NCBI GenBank assembly: GCA_905236775.1
Contig: CAJOOM010000175.1
Coordinates: forward strand, 1 to 63,245
Reading direction: 5' to 3'
Length of the DNA stretch: 63,245 bases
Source of the DNA: Candidatus Gastranaerophilales bacterium
GTDB lineage: Bacteria > Cyanobacteriota > Vampirovibrionia > Gastranaerophilales > Gastranaerophilaceae
The notes beneath the pieces were generated by a model. It searched no databases. It worked only from the letters and a program-made list of their open reading frames with translations, and was not told the origin of the DNA. Below, piece after piece: positions 29,921 through 39,961 of this stretch (its first letter is position 1; each line of letters begins with the position of its first letter). The position numbers and the translations under genes are program-made.

Positions 29921-31702
29921 ATGAATATTTTTTCAATATTTACTCTTTTAGGCGGATTGGCTTTCTTTCTTTATGGAATTTCGACTATGTCATCCGGTCT
30001 GGAGAAAGTTGCCGGCGGAAAATTAGAACAAATGCTCAAAAAGATGACATCCAATCCGTTTAAAAGCTTTATGCTGGGTGCCATTATTACTGCTATAATT
30101 CAATCTTCATCTGCTGTAACAGTAATGCTTATTGGTCTTGTAAACTCAGGAATAATGACATTATCAAGAACAGTAAGTGTTATTATTGGTGCAAATTTAG
30201 GAACAACAATTACTGCTTGGATGTTGAGTTTAACAGCAATACAGGAAAGTGCCGGATTTATATTCAAATTATTAAAACCGGAATCTTTCTCTCCGATATT
30301 GGCGCTTATAGGTGTAATTTTAATTATGGCATCTAATACCAACAAACGGAAAAATGTCGGTACTATTCTTATAGGATTTGCCATCTTAATGTTTGGTATG
30401 CAGCTTATGTCCGGAGCTATGGCACCATTGGCAGACATGCCGGGATTTAGAAATACTATGTTGGCATTTAAAAATCCTTTGTTTGGATTTTCTATAGGTA
30501 TGATAATAACGATGATTATTCAAAGCTCTTCTGCTTCTATCGGTATATTGCAAGCTTTGACGTTAGCAGCAAGTGTTTCTTGGGAAGTAGCAATTCCGAT
30601 TATTTTAGGTCAAAATCTGGGAACTTGTATATCTGCGATTTTGGCAAGCATCGGTGTAAATACAAACGCAAAAAGAGTTGCCGGAATACATGTTATTTAT
30701 AATATTATAAGTGTTGGTATTTGTTTCCCTATTTTTATTCTTGTAAACTTTCTTATAGATATACCTTTGATGCATACAAATATCAATCCATTTGGTGTTG
30801 CAGCTTTCCATACAGTTTATAATATTTTTACAGCTATTATGTTGTTGCCGTTTGCTAAAGTTCTTGAAAAACTTGCTATTAAATTTATACCTGAAAATAA
30901 AAATGAACAAACAAGAAGAGTTCTCCTTGATGACAGACTTCTTCTTGCGCCTACATTTGCGGTATCGGAAGCTTACAGACAAACAATTAAAATGGCAGAA
31001 ATGGTTGAATACAATTTTAAATACTCAGCAAAACTACTCAAGAGCTTTCATCAGAAAAAAGCAGACCAAATCAAAGAAAATGAGATTAAAATTGATACTT
31101 ATGAAGATAAATTAGATTCTTTCTTATTAAAACTTTCGGGTAAAGAACTTTCAGAAGAGGATAATAACAGAATTTCACAACTCTTACTTATAATAGGAGA
31201 TTATGAAAGAATAGGCGACCACGCAACAAACATTTTAAAAATTGCTGAAAAATTTAAAGAAGATGAAAGAAAATTATCAATTGATGCTGTAGAAGAACTT
31301 AAAGTTATAGTTCATGCTGTATCAGAGATATTTGAAATGTCTTTTGAGGCATATAAAACCGATAATGTTCAATTAGCAAGAGAAGTTGAACCGCTCGAAG
31401 CTGTTATTAAAAAGATTGTACGTAAAGTTAAAAACCATCACATACAAAGACTTAAAGACGGTTTATGTACTGCAGAACTTAGTTTCTTGTTCTCTGATTT
31501 ATTGAATGATTTTAGGAGAATCGCAGCTCACTGCGGAAATATCGCAACAAGTGTAATCCAGCTTTATGATAATACATTGGATAAACACGAATACAATCAC
31601 AGAAACAAAGACGAGGATATAGAATTTGTAAGCAAATATCAAGATTACAAAACTCGTTATTCTGTTTCTCACACAAACAACAGTAATAGTGTCGGAGTTT
31701 AA
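29921..31702 (+). CDS. Na/Pi cotransporter family protein with PhoU domains
   Basis: Two QSSS repeats, GANLGTT, ERIGDH. Confidence 0.92.
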   Translation: MNIFSIFTLLGGLAFFLYGISTMSSGLEKVAGGKLEQMLKKMTSNPFKSFMLGAIITAIIQSSSAVTVMLIGLVNSGIMTLSRTVSVIIGANLGTTITAWMLSLTAIQESAGFIFKLLKPESFSPILALIGVILIMASNTNKRKNVGTILIGFAILMFGMQLMSGAMAPLADMPGFRNTMLAFKNPLFGFSIGMIITMIIQSSSASIGILQALTLAASVSWEVAIPIILGQNLGTCISAILASIGVNTNAKRVAGIHVIYNIISVGICFPIFILVNFLIDIPLMHTNINPFGVAAFHTVYNIFTAIMLLPFAKVLEKLAIKFIPENKNEQTRRVLLDDRLLLAPTFAVSEAYRQTIKMAEMVEYNFKYSAKLLKSFHQKKADQIKENEIKIDTYEDKLDSFLLKLSGKELSEEDNNRISQLLLIIGDYERIGDHATNILKIAEKFKEDERKLSIDAVEELKVIVHAVSEIFEMSFEAYKTDNVQLAREVEPLEAVIKKIVRKVKNHHIQRLKDGLCTAELSFLFSDLLNDFRRIAAHCGNIATSVIQLYDNTLDKHEYNHRNKDEDIEFVSKYQDYKTRYSVSHTNNSNSVGV

Positions 31703-31707
31703 ACTAC

Positions 31708-33000
31708 ATGATAGATAGATATTCAAGAGAAGAAATAAAAAAAATTTGGGAATTAGAAGAAAAATTTAACTATTATTTACAAGTTGAACTTGCAGTTTGC
31801 GAGGCTTATTCAAAATTAGGTCAAATTCCGAGCAAAAATCTGGAAGAGATTAAGCAAAAAGCTTCTTTTTCGATTGAAAGGATAGACGAAATAGAGGCAG
31901 AAGTTAAACACGATGTTATAGCTTTTTTAACTAACGTAAATGAAACAGTTGGAGAAGATAGTGCAAAATATATTCACATGGGACTTACGAGTTCGGATGT
32001 GATTGATACGGCATTCGCACTACAAATTATTGATTCTTCAAAGATAATTCTAAAAGATATTGACGAGTTAATCGGAATAATAAAAAAACGTGCAATAGAA
32101 AATAAACATACCGTTTGCATAGGTCGTTCTCACGGAGTACACGCAGAAGTTACAACTTTCGGAATAAAACTTCTTAACTGGCTTGATTCTCTTGAGCGCG
32201 CAAAAAAGAGTTTTGAATTCGCACTTGAAGAGATTTCGGTTGGTCAAATTTCCGGCCCTGTTGGAACATACAGCAACGTTTCTCCCCAAGTCGAAAAACT
32301 GGCTTGTGAAATTTTACATATATCACCTGCCAGAATTTCCACACAAATTATATCAAGAGACAGGCATGCAAAATTTATGTCTGCTCTTTCAATAATTGCT
32401 TCATTAATAGAACAGTTCGCAACAGAGATTAGACATCTGCAAAAAACAGAAGTTAGAGAAGTTGAAGAGGGATTTTCAAAGAATCAAAAGGGTTCATCTG
32501 CAATGCCTCACAAAAAAAATCCTGTTCTTTGTGAAAATTTATGCGGTTTAGCAAGGGTGGTTCGTTCTAATATGATAAGTGCATACGAAAACATTAACCT
32601 CTGGCACGAAAGAGATATCTCACACAGTTCTGCTGAGAGAATAATTTTTCCTGATTCCTTAATTCTAATAGATTTTATGCTCCATAGATTTAAAGGAGTA
32701 GTAGAAAATTTAGTTATTCATAAAGACAATATGCTTAAAAATACTGCTCTCTATGGCGGTGTGATTTATTCTCAAAAAGTTATGTTAAAACTTGTAGAAA
32801 AAGGATATGCAAGAGAAGAAGCATACAAAATAGTCCAAAAACACGCGCTTGATGCTCTTAACGGCGGGAATTTTAAACAAGGACTGCTAAATGATTCTTT
32901 AGTAAATACAAAATTGTCTCCGGAAGAATTGGAAAATTGTTTTAGCACTGATGATTATTTAAAAAATACTGATTACATTTTTGCAAAGTTTAATTTATAA
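31708..33000 (+). CDS. purB: Adenylosuccinate lyase
   Basis: GSSAMPHKKNP, GRSHGVHAE, WHERDISHSS. Confidence 0.98.
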   Translation: MIDRYSREEIKKIWELEEKFNYYLQVELAVCEAYSKLGQIPSKNLEEIKQKASFSIERIDEIEAEVKHDVIAFLTNVNETVGEDSAKYIHMGLTSSDVIDTAFALQIIDSSKIILKDIDELIGIIKKRAIENKHTVCIGRSHGVHAEVTTFGIKLLNWLDSLERAKKSFEFALEEISVGQISGPVGTYSNVSPQVEKLACEILHISPARISTQIISRDRHAKFMSALSIIASLIEQFATEIRHLQKTEVREVEEGFSKNQKGSSAMPHKKNPVLCENLCGLARVVRSNMISAYENINLWHERDISHSSAERIIFPDSLILIDFMLHRFKGVVENLVIHKDNMLKNTALYGGVIYSQKVMLKLVEKGYAREEAYKIVQKHALDALNGGNFKQGLLNDSLVNTKLSPEELENCFSTDDYLKNTDYIFAKFNL

Positions 33001-33003
33001 ATT

Positions 33004-34875
33004 TTATTTTCCAAGCATAACCATTAAAACTGATATATCAGCAGGTTTAACACCTCCGATTCTTGAAGCTTGTGCCAAGTTTGTCGGACGGATTTTTTCG
33101 AGTTTTTCTCTAGTTTCGGTTGATATATGTTTAATTTGAGAATAATCAATATTGGCTGGGATTCTGTACTTTTCAAGCTTTTCACTTGTTTCAACTTGAT
33201 CAAGCTGACGTTTTATGTAACCATCATATTTAATAAGAACTTCAACTTCATCCGTAATATCTTGAGATAAATTAATAGCTCTTGTTTCAACATCAACTTC
33301 TCTAAATATATCATATGTAATATTTGGCCGTTTCAGAAGCTCAGCAAGTCTTATACCATTATCGATATGTTCACCGCATTTCGCTAATACATCATTTACT
33401 TCTGTAGTAGCCGAAAGTTTTGTTTCTTGAAGTCTTTGAATTTCTTTTTTAATATTTTCCTGTTTCAAAAGAAATCTTTGATATTGAGCATCATCAATCA
33501 AACCGATTTTATGCCCAATTTCGGTTAATCTTTCATCTGCATTATCTTGTCTTAAAAGAAGTCTGTATTCTGAACGGGAAGTTAGCATTCTATAAGGTTC
33601 TTGAATGTCTTTTGTTACCAAATCATCAATAAGAGTTCCCGTATAAGAGGATGCCCTCGAAAGTTCTAGAAATTCAGAACCGTTTATATAATTTACGGAA
33701 TTAATTCCGGCAATAAGTCCTTGCGCTGCTGCTTCTTCATACCCGCTTGTACCGTTAATCTGTCCTGCAAAGAAAAGTCCTTTAATATCTTTTGACATCA
33801 AAGAATGCAATGTTTGAACAGCCGGAACATAGTCGTATTCTACTGCATAGGCAGGTTTAATTATGTGAGCTTTTTCTAATCCCGGAAGTGAACGCAGCAT
33901 TTCCACTTGAACGCATGCCGGCAAACTCGTTGAAAATCCTTGTATATAAACTTCATAAGTATTCAAACCCTCCGGTTCAATAAATATATGATGAGAAGGA
34001 TTAGATGCAAACCTTACAATCTTATCTTCAATAGACGGACAATAACGAGGTCCTACACCGTGAATTAATCCTTGATACATTGGAGATTTATCCAAATTTG
34101 CTCTTATTATTGCGTGAGTTTCTTCATTTGTTCTGGTTAAATAACAAGGATATTGCTGTCTGACTGGACGATTCGGCTTAAAGGAATAAAAACTTAATTT
34201 GTCATCACCGGGCTGAATAGTCATTTTTGAATAATCAATCGTTCTTTTATCAACTCTTGCAGGTGTTCCGGTTTTGAGTTTTTTAGTCTGAATACCATTT
34301 TTTCTAAGCGATTCAGAAAGCCCGATTGCAGCACGTTCTCCGAGTCTGCCGCCTGAATATGCTTGAAGTCCCACATACATTTTACCCTCAAGTGAAGTTC
34401 CTGTGGTTAAAATGATTGCACGACACGAAAATTCTATTCCGTATTCGTCAACCGCACCGATAATCTCACCATCTTTAACCTTAATATCAGTTATACAAGT
34501 TTGTTTGACCCAAATATTATCGGTACTTTCAATAATATTTCTCATGTAACGTGTATATTCTTTTTTATCCGATTGAGCCCTAAGCGCCCTTACTGCAGGT
34601 CCTTTAGAGGAATTAAGTGTTTTCATTTGTAAATATGTTGCATCGGCGACTTCTCCCATAACTCCGCCTAAAGCATCTATTTCTCTTACCAAAGTTGATT
34701 TAGCCGGCCCGCCGATAGCAGGGTTACAAGGTTGAAGCGCAATATTATCAACATTAAGGGTACACAACAAAACATCACACCCTAAACGTGCTGCAGATAG
34801 AGCTGCTTCACATCCTGCATGACCTGCACCTACTACTATTACATCAAATTTGTTATTTATATAATCGCCAGCCAT
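33004..34875 (-). CDS. mnmG: tRNA U34 modification enzyme MnmG/GidA
   Basis: GAGHAGCEAA, GPRYCPSIEDK, AGQINGTSGYEEAAAQG; start moved to ATG 34875. Confidence 0.98.
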   Translation of the reverse strand: MAGDYINNKFDVIVVGAGHAGCEAALSAARLGCDVLLCTLNVDNIALQPCNPAIGGPAKSTLVREIDALGGVMGEVADATYLQMKTLNSSKGPAVRALRAQSDKKEYTRYMRNIIESTDNIWVKQTCITDIKVKDGEIIGAVDEYGIEFSCRAIILTTGTSLEGKMYVGLQAYSGGRLGERAAIGLSESLRKNGIQTKKLKTGTPARVDKRTIDYSKMTIQPGDDKLSFYSFKPNRPVRQQYPCYLTRTNEETHAIIRANLDKSPMYQGLIHGVGPRYCPSIEDKIVRFASNPSHHIFIEPEGLNTYEVYIQGFSTSLPACVQVEMLRSLPGLEKAHIIKPAYAVEYDYVPAVQTLHSLMSKDIKGLFFAGQINGTSGYEEAAAQGLIAGINSVNYINGSEFLELSRASSYTGTLIDDLVTKDIQEPYRMLTSRSEYRLLLRQDNADERLTEIGHKIGLIDDAQYQRFLLKQENIKKEIQRLQETKLSATTEVNDVLAKCGEHIDNGIRLAELLKRPNITYDIFREVDVETRAINLSQDITDEVEVLIKYDGYIKRQLDQVETSEKLEKYRIPANIDYSQIKHISTETREKLEKIRPTNLAQASRIGGVKPADISVLMVMLGK

Positions 34876-34971
34876 ATCGGTATTATACAATAAGAAAATT
34901 AAAGGGTAAATATAAATGGGAAATGAAAAGAAGTACATAATATTTGCTATATAGATAAATTTGCAAATTTA

Positions 34972-35000
34972 TTGATTTAATATAAGAAAAATGCTAAGAT
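34972..35000 (+). promoter_or_regulatory. Sigma70-type promoter of the peptide gene
   Basis: TTGATT-N17-TAAGAT with extended TG. Confidence 0.6.
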
Positions 35001-35081
35001 ACAAAAAGTACATTTAAATAGAATACAGGCTAAATATTTTTATTAACATTTTACTTATTTCTACTTAGAAAGGAGGTTAAA

Positions 35082-35156
35082 ATGCTAGTAGAAATAAATG
35101 CAGAAGAACTAGTACTTATAATTGCACTAGTTCTTGAACTCAAAGCTCTATTTTAG
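35082..35156 (+). CDS. 24-aa hydrophobic peptide MLVEINAEELVLIIALVLELKALF, candidate type I toxin
   Basis: Strong SD AAAGGAGGT, own promoter, extensive mRNA pairing, antisense promoter. Confidence 0.7.
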   Translation: MLVEINAEELVLIIALVLELKALF

Positions 35157-35199
35157 AGCTGCGGGTGAGGGTGGTTGCATCACCCTTGCCTGTATTCTT

Positions 35200-35227
35200 A
35201 TTTTAACCTATTTTGAAAATTTTGCAA
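35200..35227 (-). promoter_or_regulatory. Antisense promoter for a candidate antitoxin RNA
   Basis: TTGCAA-N16-TAAAAT pointing into the 3' hairpin and ORF of the peptide gene. Confidence 0.5.
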
Positions 35228-35282
35228 TATAATTCCAATAATAATTATTGCAATTTAGCTGCAATTTTTTATTTCATCCGGC

Positions 35283-35726
35283 TCAGGATACTTTTACAAT
35301 AACTTTTTTTACTTGTTTGTTTTCTCCCACTTTTAATGCAGGTTTATGTGCATCGTGCGGGAAAAATACAAAAAATTCGCCCTCTTTGATTTTGAAAAAT
35401 TCTTCTTCCCTAACGCACTCTAAAAATTCTATATCTTTTTCTTTATTATATTTTTCCACTGTTTTACATTCAGAATAATCAACTCTTCCGGAAAGTTCTT
35501 CACCTGTAACCATATATTGAATGTCTATATAATCTCTATGCGCCTCATAAGGAGCATCGTCTTTTGTTATATAACTTTGAAGATTTGCATAAATTTTATC
35601 AGAAATCTCGTACCTTCCGTCCGGCATGTTTTTCAAATCGTTATTCTTAATCCATTCAAATCCGATTTTTAAATTTTCTGATATATTATAGTATGCTTGC
35701 GCATTTTTAATATTATCCTTAATCAC
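35283..35726 (-). CDS. YhcH/YjgK/YiaL family protein
   Basis: EAHRDYIDIQY, FFPHDAHKP, KKVIVKV. Confidence 0.9.
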   Translation of the reverse strand: MIKDNIKNAQAYYNISENLKIGFEWIKNNDLKNMPDGRYEISDKIYANLQSYITKDDAPYEAHRDYIDIQYMVTGEELSGRVDYSECKTVEKYNKEKDIEFLECVREEEFFKIKEGEFFVFFPHDAHKPALKVGENKQVKKVIVKVS

Positions 35727-35739
35727 AATATTTTCCTCA

Positions 35740-36561
35740 CTATAGTCTTTGTCTTAAAACAGAATTTGACCCTTGGCAAGAAATAAATAGCATATTGCCG
35801 TTTACGTGCAATCCGTATGGTCGGTGAACTTTTGTCACAAATACCGACATAATTCCCTGCGGAGTAATTTTTACTACGTTATCAGCATTATAATTTGATA
35901 CATAGATATTTCCCTCGCTATCAGAAACAAGACTTATTGGGCCGTTTATCAAATCACTTTTTGCAAAAACCATTCTTTTATTATTAGGTGTAATTTTCAT
36001 TATTGAATTATCGGAAAAAGACGCAATATAAATATTGCCGTTTTTATCTGATGTAATTCCAGTCGGACTTACTAAATTATCATAAGTTCCTGAGTATTGT
36101 GCGATTGTAGAAGGAGGATTAACAACTTGGGGCGGAATTTCTATACTGTCCTTTAAAGATGTTTTCAATTCTTGCGCTTTCGGGTAATAACTGCTTGTAT
36201 TTGGAATTTTATTTATATATTCATCCGCCTGATTATATTCACCGACTTTAGAACTCATAAGAGCAATTTTAAATGCTACTTCGTAATCTTCTTTATTTCT
36301 TGCATAAAGCTGTTTGTAGATATTTAAAGCCTCAGCATACTGTTTTAAATACTCAAGAACAGCACCCAAATTGTAATACGCATCGTTATAATCCGGATAA
36401 GAACTTATTGCAGCACGAAAAGATTCTATTGCTCTTTCATACATTCCGAGTTTGTAAAAATCAATACCTTGATTGTAATCCATTTTTGCATTTATCGGAA
36501 CTTCGGAAGCATTAACGGATAATCCAATCATCATTAAGATTACAGCGATTCTTTTTAACAT
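35740..36561 (-). CDS. Exported TPR plus NHL-repeat protein
   Basis: Signal peptide, TPRs, PTGITSD/NGPISL/RPYGL NHL repeats. Confidence 0.8.
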   Translation of the reverse strand: MLKRIAVILMMIGLSVNASEVPINAKMDYNQGIDFYKLGMYERAIESFRAAISSYPDYNDAYYNLGAVLEYLKQYAEALNIYKQLYARNKEDYEVAFKIALMSSKVGEYNQADEYINKIPNTSSYYPKAQELKTSLKDSIEIPPQVVNPPSTIAQYSGTYDNLVSPTGITSDKNGNIYIASFSDNSIMKITPNNKRMVFAKSDLINGPISLVSDSEGNIYVSNYNADNVVKITPQGIMSVFVTKVHRPYGLHVNGNMLFISCQGSNSVLRQRL

Positions 36562-36663
36562 ACAGCTATTATATCATATTTTTTTTATTATTAGCAAAAA
36601 AAATTTTTTTCGGGTATTATATCTATTAGTAAATATTGACAGCACATTTTAAGGAAAAAAGAT

Positions 36664-38103
36664 TTGAATAAAAATATATTAAAAATAAACGAAATGGACA
36701 AAGTAATAGAAGTAAAAGCTCCTATAGTAGAGGCATTAAGGACTGCTTACGAAAATCCTACATATCAATTTCATATACCGGGACATACAAAAGGGAAAGC
36801 TATATTTAAAGATTTTAGAAAATTAATTGGAGAAAAAGCTTTAAGCCTTGATACGACAGATGAATTTGATAATCTAGGTACACTTCATCCGGCAACAGGT
36901 CCTATTAAAGAGGCACAAGAGCTTGCAGCTCAAGCTTTCGGAGCAAGAAAAACATTCTTTCTTTTGAACGGTTCAACCGCAGGAAATTTAGCTATTGCAA
37001 TGGCATTTACTAAAAAAGGTCAAAAAGTCCTTGTAAACAGGAATTGTCATCGTTCAATTTTAACAGGTTTAATAATTTCAGGTGCAGAACCTGTTTGGAT
37101 TTGTCCTAATAGAATAGAAGATTGGTCTATTTGGGGCAATATAGAAGCAGCGCAAATTGAAGAAATGCTTAAAAAAGATAAAGATATTTCTATGGTATGG
37201 GTTACAAACCCTACTTATGAGGGTGTTGTGTCGGATATTAAATCAATAAGCGCAGTTTGTAAAAAATACAATGTTCCGCTTATTGTAGATGAAGCTCACG
37301 GATGCTTGTGGAATTTTAATAAACATCTTCCTGAAACAGCGCTTAAACTTGGGGCTGATGCAGTTGTTCATTCTTTGCATAAGACAGGCGGAAGCATGAG
37401 CCAGACTTCTATGTTACATATATCTAAGGATTCTTGTTTGGATGAAAAGAGTGTAGAAAAAGCCTTGAAACTTTTGCATACAACTAGCCCTTCTTTAATT
37501 TTGCTTGGAAGTTTAGATGCGGCAAGGGCAAATTTGCAGACTAAATCCGGTTTAAAGTTAATTGATAAAGCAGTAGCGAATGCTAAATATTTAAGAAAGA
37601 GATTGGATGAGATACCTAATCTTCACCAGTTAAAAAGTGATTTCGGGTATAAGACTGATGTAACCAAAGTATTCATAAAGATTGACGGACTTTCCGGAAA
37701 AAGACTTGAATCAATTTTAGAGATTGATTTTGGTATAGAAGTTGAATCTGCTTCTGATATAGGAGTATTGATTCTTTGTAATCTTGGAAACAAACGTTCT
37801 GATTTTAAATATCTTGCAGATGCGCTGGAAAAAATTGCATCAGAGAATCATAAGGATATTTACTATCTTGAAAAACGAAAACATATGCCTATGCTTGAGC
37901 CCAAAATTGTTATGAGCCTAAGGGATGCATATTACGCAGAAAAAGAAACAATCAAAAAAGAAGATGCAATCGGAAGAATTTCAGCAGAAGTCGTTGCAGA
38001 ATGCCCTCCCGGAATTTCTATTTTGCTTCCTGGTGAATTAATCACAGAAGAACATCTTCCATACTTGAATGACTATGAAACATTGGAAGTAGTTAAGGCT
38101 TAA
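36664..38103 (+). CDS. Orn/Lys/Arg decarboxylase (PLP-dependent)
   Basis: FHIPGH, VDEAHG, HSLHKT, TTSPS, CPPGI. Confidence 0.92.
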   Translation: MNKNILKINEMDKVIEVKAPIVEALRTAYENPTYQFHIPGHTKGKAIFKDFRKLIGEKALSLDTTDEFDNLGTLHPATGPIKEAQELAAQAFGARKTFFLLNGSTAGNLAIAMAFTKKGQKVLVNRNCHRSILTGLIISGAEPVWICPNRIEDWSIWGNIEAAQIEEMLKKDKDISMVWVTNPTYEGVVSDIKSISAVCKKYNVPLIVDEAHGCLWNFNKHLPETALKLGADAVVHSLHKTGGSMSQTSMLHISKDSCLDEKSVEKALKLLHTTSPSLILLGSLDAARANLQTKSGLKLIDKAVANAKYLRKRLDEIPNLHQLKSDFGYKTDVTKVFIKIDGLSGKRLESILEIDFGIEVESASDIGVLILCNLGNKRSDFKYLADALEKIASENHKDIYYLEKRKHMPMLEPKIVMSLRDAYYAEKETIKKEDAIGRISAEVVAECPPGISILLPGELITEEHLPYLNDYETLEVVKA

Positions 38104-38134
38104 TGATAAATACTTTTTTATCAAGGAGAGAAAT

Positions 38135-38830
38135 ATGAGAACTGACGGAAGAAATAATAACGAACTTAGGCATATTAAATTTACTCACAATTTCACAAAA
38201 AATGCACTGGGTTCGATTCTTGTAGAATGCGGTGACACAAAGGTTATTGTAACAGCTTCTGTGGATTTAAAAAAGCCGAAATGGATGGAAGAAAATGATA
38301 ACAGAGGATGGGTAACGGCTGAATATTCTCTCTTACCTGCTTCAACAAATACCCGATGCAAAAGAGAAAGAGAAAAAGTTTCCGGAAGAACTCACGAAAT
38401 TCAACGACTTATCGGAAGAAGTCTGAGGGCTTGTGTAGACTTAGAAAAAATGCCAAATATGACAATTACAATTGATGCGGACGTAATTCAAGCTGACGGA
38501 GGCACAAGAACTGCAAGTATCTGCGGAGGATTTTTAGCCCTAAGTGATGCCGTAAAAAAACTTCTGGATTCAGGTGAGTTAGCGGAAAATCCAATTATAG
38601 AACCAATCGGAGCAATATCAATCGGTATTGTGGACGGAGAAATTCGATTGGATTTGAATTACGAAGAAGATTCTCACGCACAAGTAGATTCTAATGTTAT
38701 TCTTACAAAAAGCGGTAAGATTGTCGATTTTCAAACAACTTCAGAAGGTGAACCATATGAGTTTAACAAAATGGTTGAATTGTTTGATATTGCTAAAAAA
38801 GGCATTGAACAAATAATAAATATGTATTAA
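38135..38830 (+). CDS. rph: Ribonuclease PH
   Basis: GWVTAEY, SGRTHEIQRLIGRSLR, QADGGTRTASI. Confidence 0.97.
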   Translation: MRTDGRNNNELRHIKFTHNFTKNALGSILVECGDTKVIVTASVDLKKPKWMEENDNRGWVTAEYSLLPASTNTRCKREREKVSGRTHEIQRLIGRSLRACVDLEKMPNMTITIDADVIQADGGTRTASICGGFLALSDAVKKLLDSGELAENPIIEPIGAISIGIVDGEIRLDLNYEEDSHAQVDSNVILTKSGKIVDFQTTSEGEPYEFNKMVELFDIAKKGIEQIINMY

Positions 38831-38834
38831 TAAA

Positions 38835-39518
38835 TTAAGACTTTCTTAATTTTGCTCTCAAAATTGCGGCATAATCTTTAAATTCATTATTTCTATTCGT
38901 TTTACCAAAGTTTGTGGCATGTATTCTTCTGAGTGTAGAAACAAAATCAACTTTTTTAATTTTTAATCCATTTGAATCCATTTTGGTCTGCCATTCAATA
39001 ATTTCGCCGGTATGAACAGATTCATCAAAAAAACCTATTTTATCAAAAACTTCTTTCTTTATAAGAATTGCTCCGGTAAAAAGTCCCCAATAAGGCTCTG
39101 TTTTAATTGGTGTTTTTGTTTTTTCTTCAGACAAGTCCGGAGAATACCAATCTTGAACCTTTGCCTCTACAGCCATAACTTCAGGCTCAAATTCATCATA
39201 AAGTCTTTTTAATGCTCCATCCTGCATAATATCATCGTGATCGTGGAACAAAATATATTTACCCCTTGCAACTTTAATACCACTGTTTTTTCCTGCGACT
39301 TGCCCCTTACAAGTCTCATGTTTAACAATTTTGCAACCATAACTTTCGGCAATCTCAACAGTATTATCCGTAGAACAGTCATCAACAACAATAATCTCAA
39401 TATTCATTTGCTGTGCTAAAATTCCCTCTATTGCTTGGTTTAAGTATTTACCCCTACCCCCATTCTTTACAGGTATTATTACTGATATTAAATCGTTCAT
39501 TTTTAAATCCTTTACCAT
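38835..39518 (-). CDS. Glycosyltransferase family 2
   Basis: ISVIIP, VVDDCSTD, FHDHDD. Confidence 0.9.
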   Translation of the reverse strand: MVKDLKMNDLISVIIPVKNGGRGKYLNQAIEGILAQQMNIEIIVVDDCSTDNTVEIAESYGCKIVKHETCKGQVAGKNSGIKVARGKYILFHDHDDIMQDGALKRLYDEFEPEVMAVEAKVQDWYSPDLSEEKTKTPIKTEPYWGLFTGAILIKKEVFDKIGFFDESVHTGEIIEWQTKMDSNGLKIKKVDFVSTLRRIHATNFGKTNRNNEFKDYAAILRAKLRKS

Positions 39519-39523
39519 CTTTC

Positions 39524-39961
39524 TTAATAAGCTTTTACCAAAAATATTTTTATTCCGTTATCAAGTCTTTCTATTCGTTTTACATAATGATAATCAACTG
39601 GTGAAGTTAGAATCAGCACAACAGCCGGATTTTTTCCGGTCATTTTAGAATAATAAAGTGCTTGACCTATGCTTTCTGCCCATTTTTTTGCAAAATCGAA
39701 CTCTATTGCATAATCCTTAGTAAGGCAGTCTACTCTTGTCATATCCCATAAAATAGCTTCTTTTCTACCAAAATCAGAAGTACACCACTGATTTACGTAA
39801 TAAGATTCTACTTGGTTTGGCATCATTGTCTGTGTTTCATACCACTTTTGAGGCACATAATTTAAGCCCAGATAATACAATCCTGTTGCCATGAGTAAAA
39901 AAGTAATACCAAAACTTATTACTTTACTTTTTCCTAGTATTTCTTTTTTTCTTTTTCCCAT
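39524..39961 (-). CDS. Membrane-anchored hypothetical protein, restriction-endonuclease-like motif
   Basis: TM helix, then RVDCLT...IEFD...IGQALYY. Confidence 0.6.
   Translation of the reverse strand: MGKRKKEILGKSKVISFGITFLLMATGLYYLGLNYVPQKWYETQTMMPNQVESYYVNQWCTSDFGRKEAILWDMTRVDCLTKDYAIEFDFAKKWAESIGQALYYSKMTGKNPAVVLILTSPVDYHYVKRIERLDNGIKIFLVKAY

Noticed and set aside
34876-34938. N-terminal extension of MnmG (likewise dgt, 19133, 39961, 53263, 55894 and 58210 ORFs)
   Set aside because: Extensions cover promoter or overlap sequence; downstream ATGs fit better
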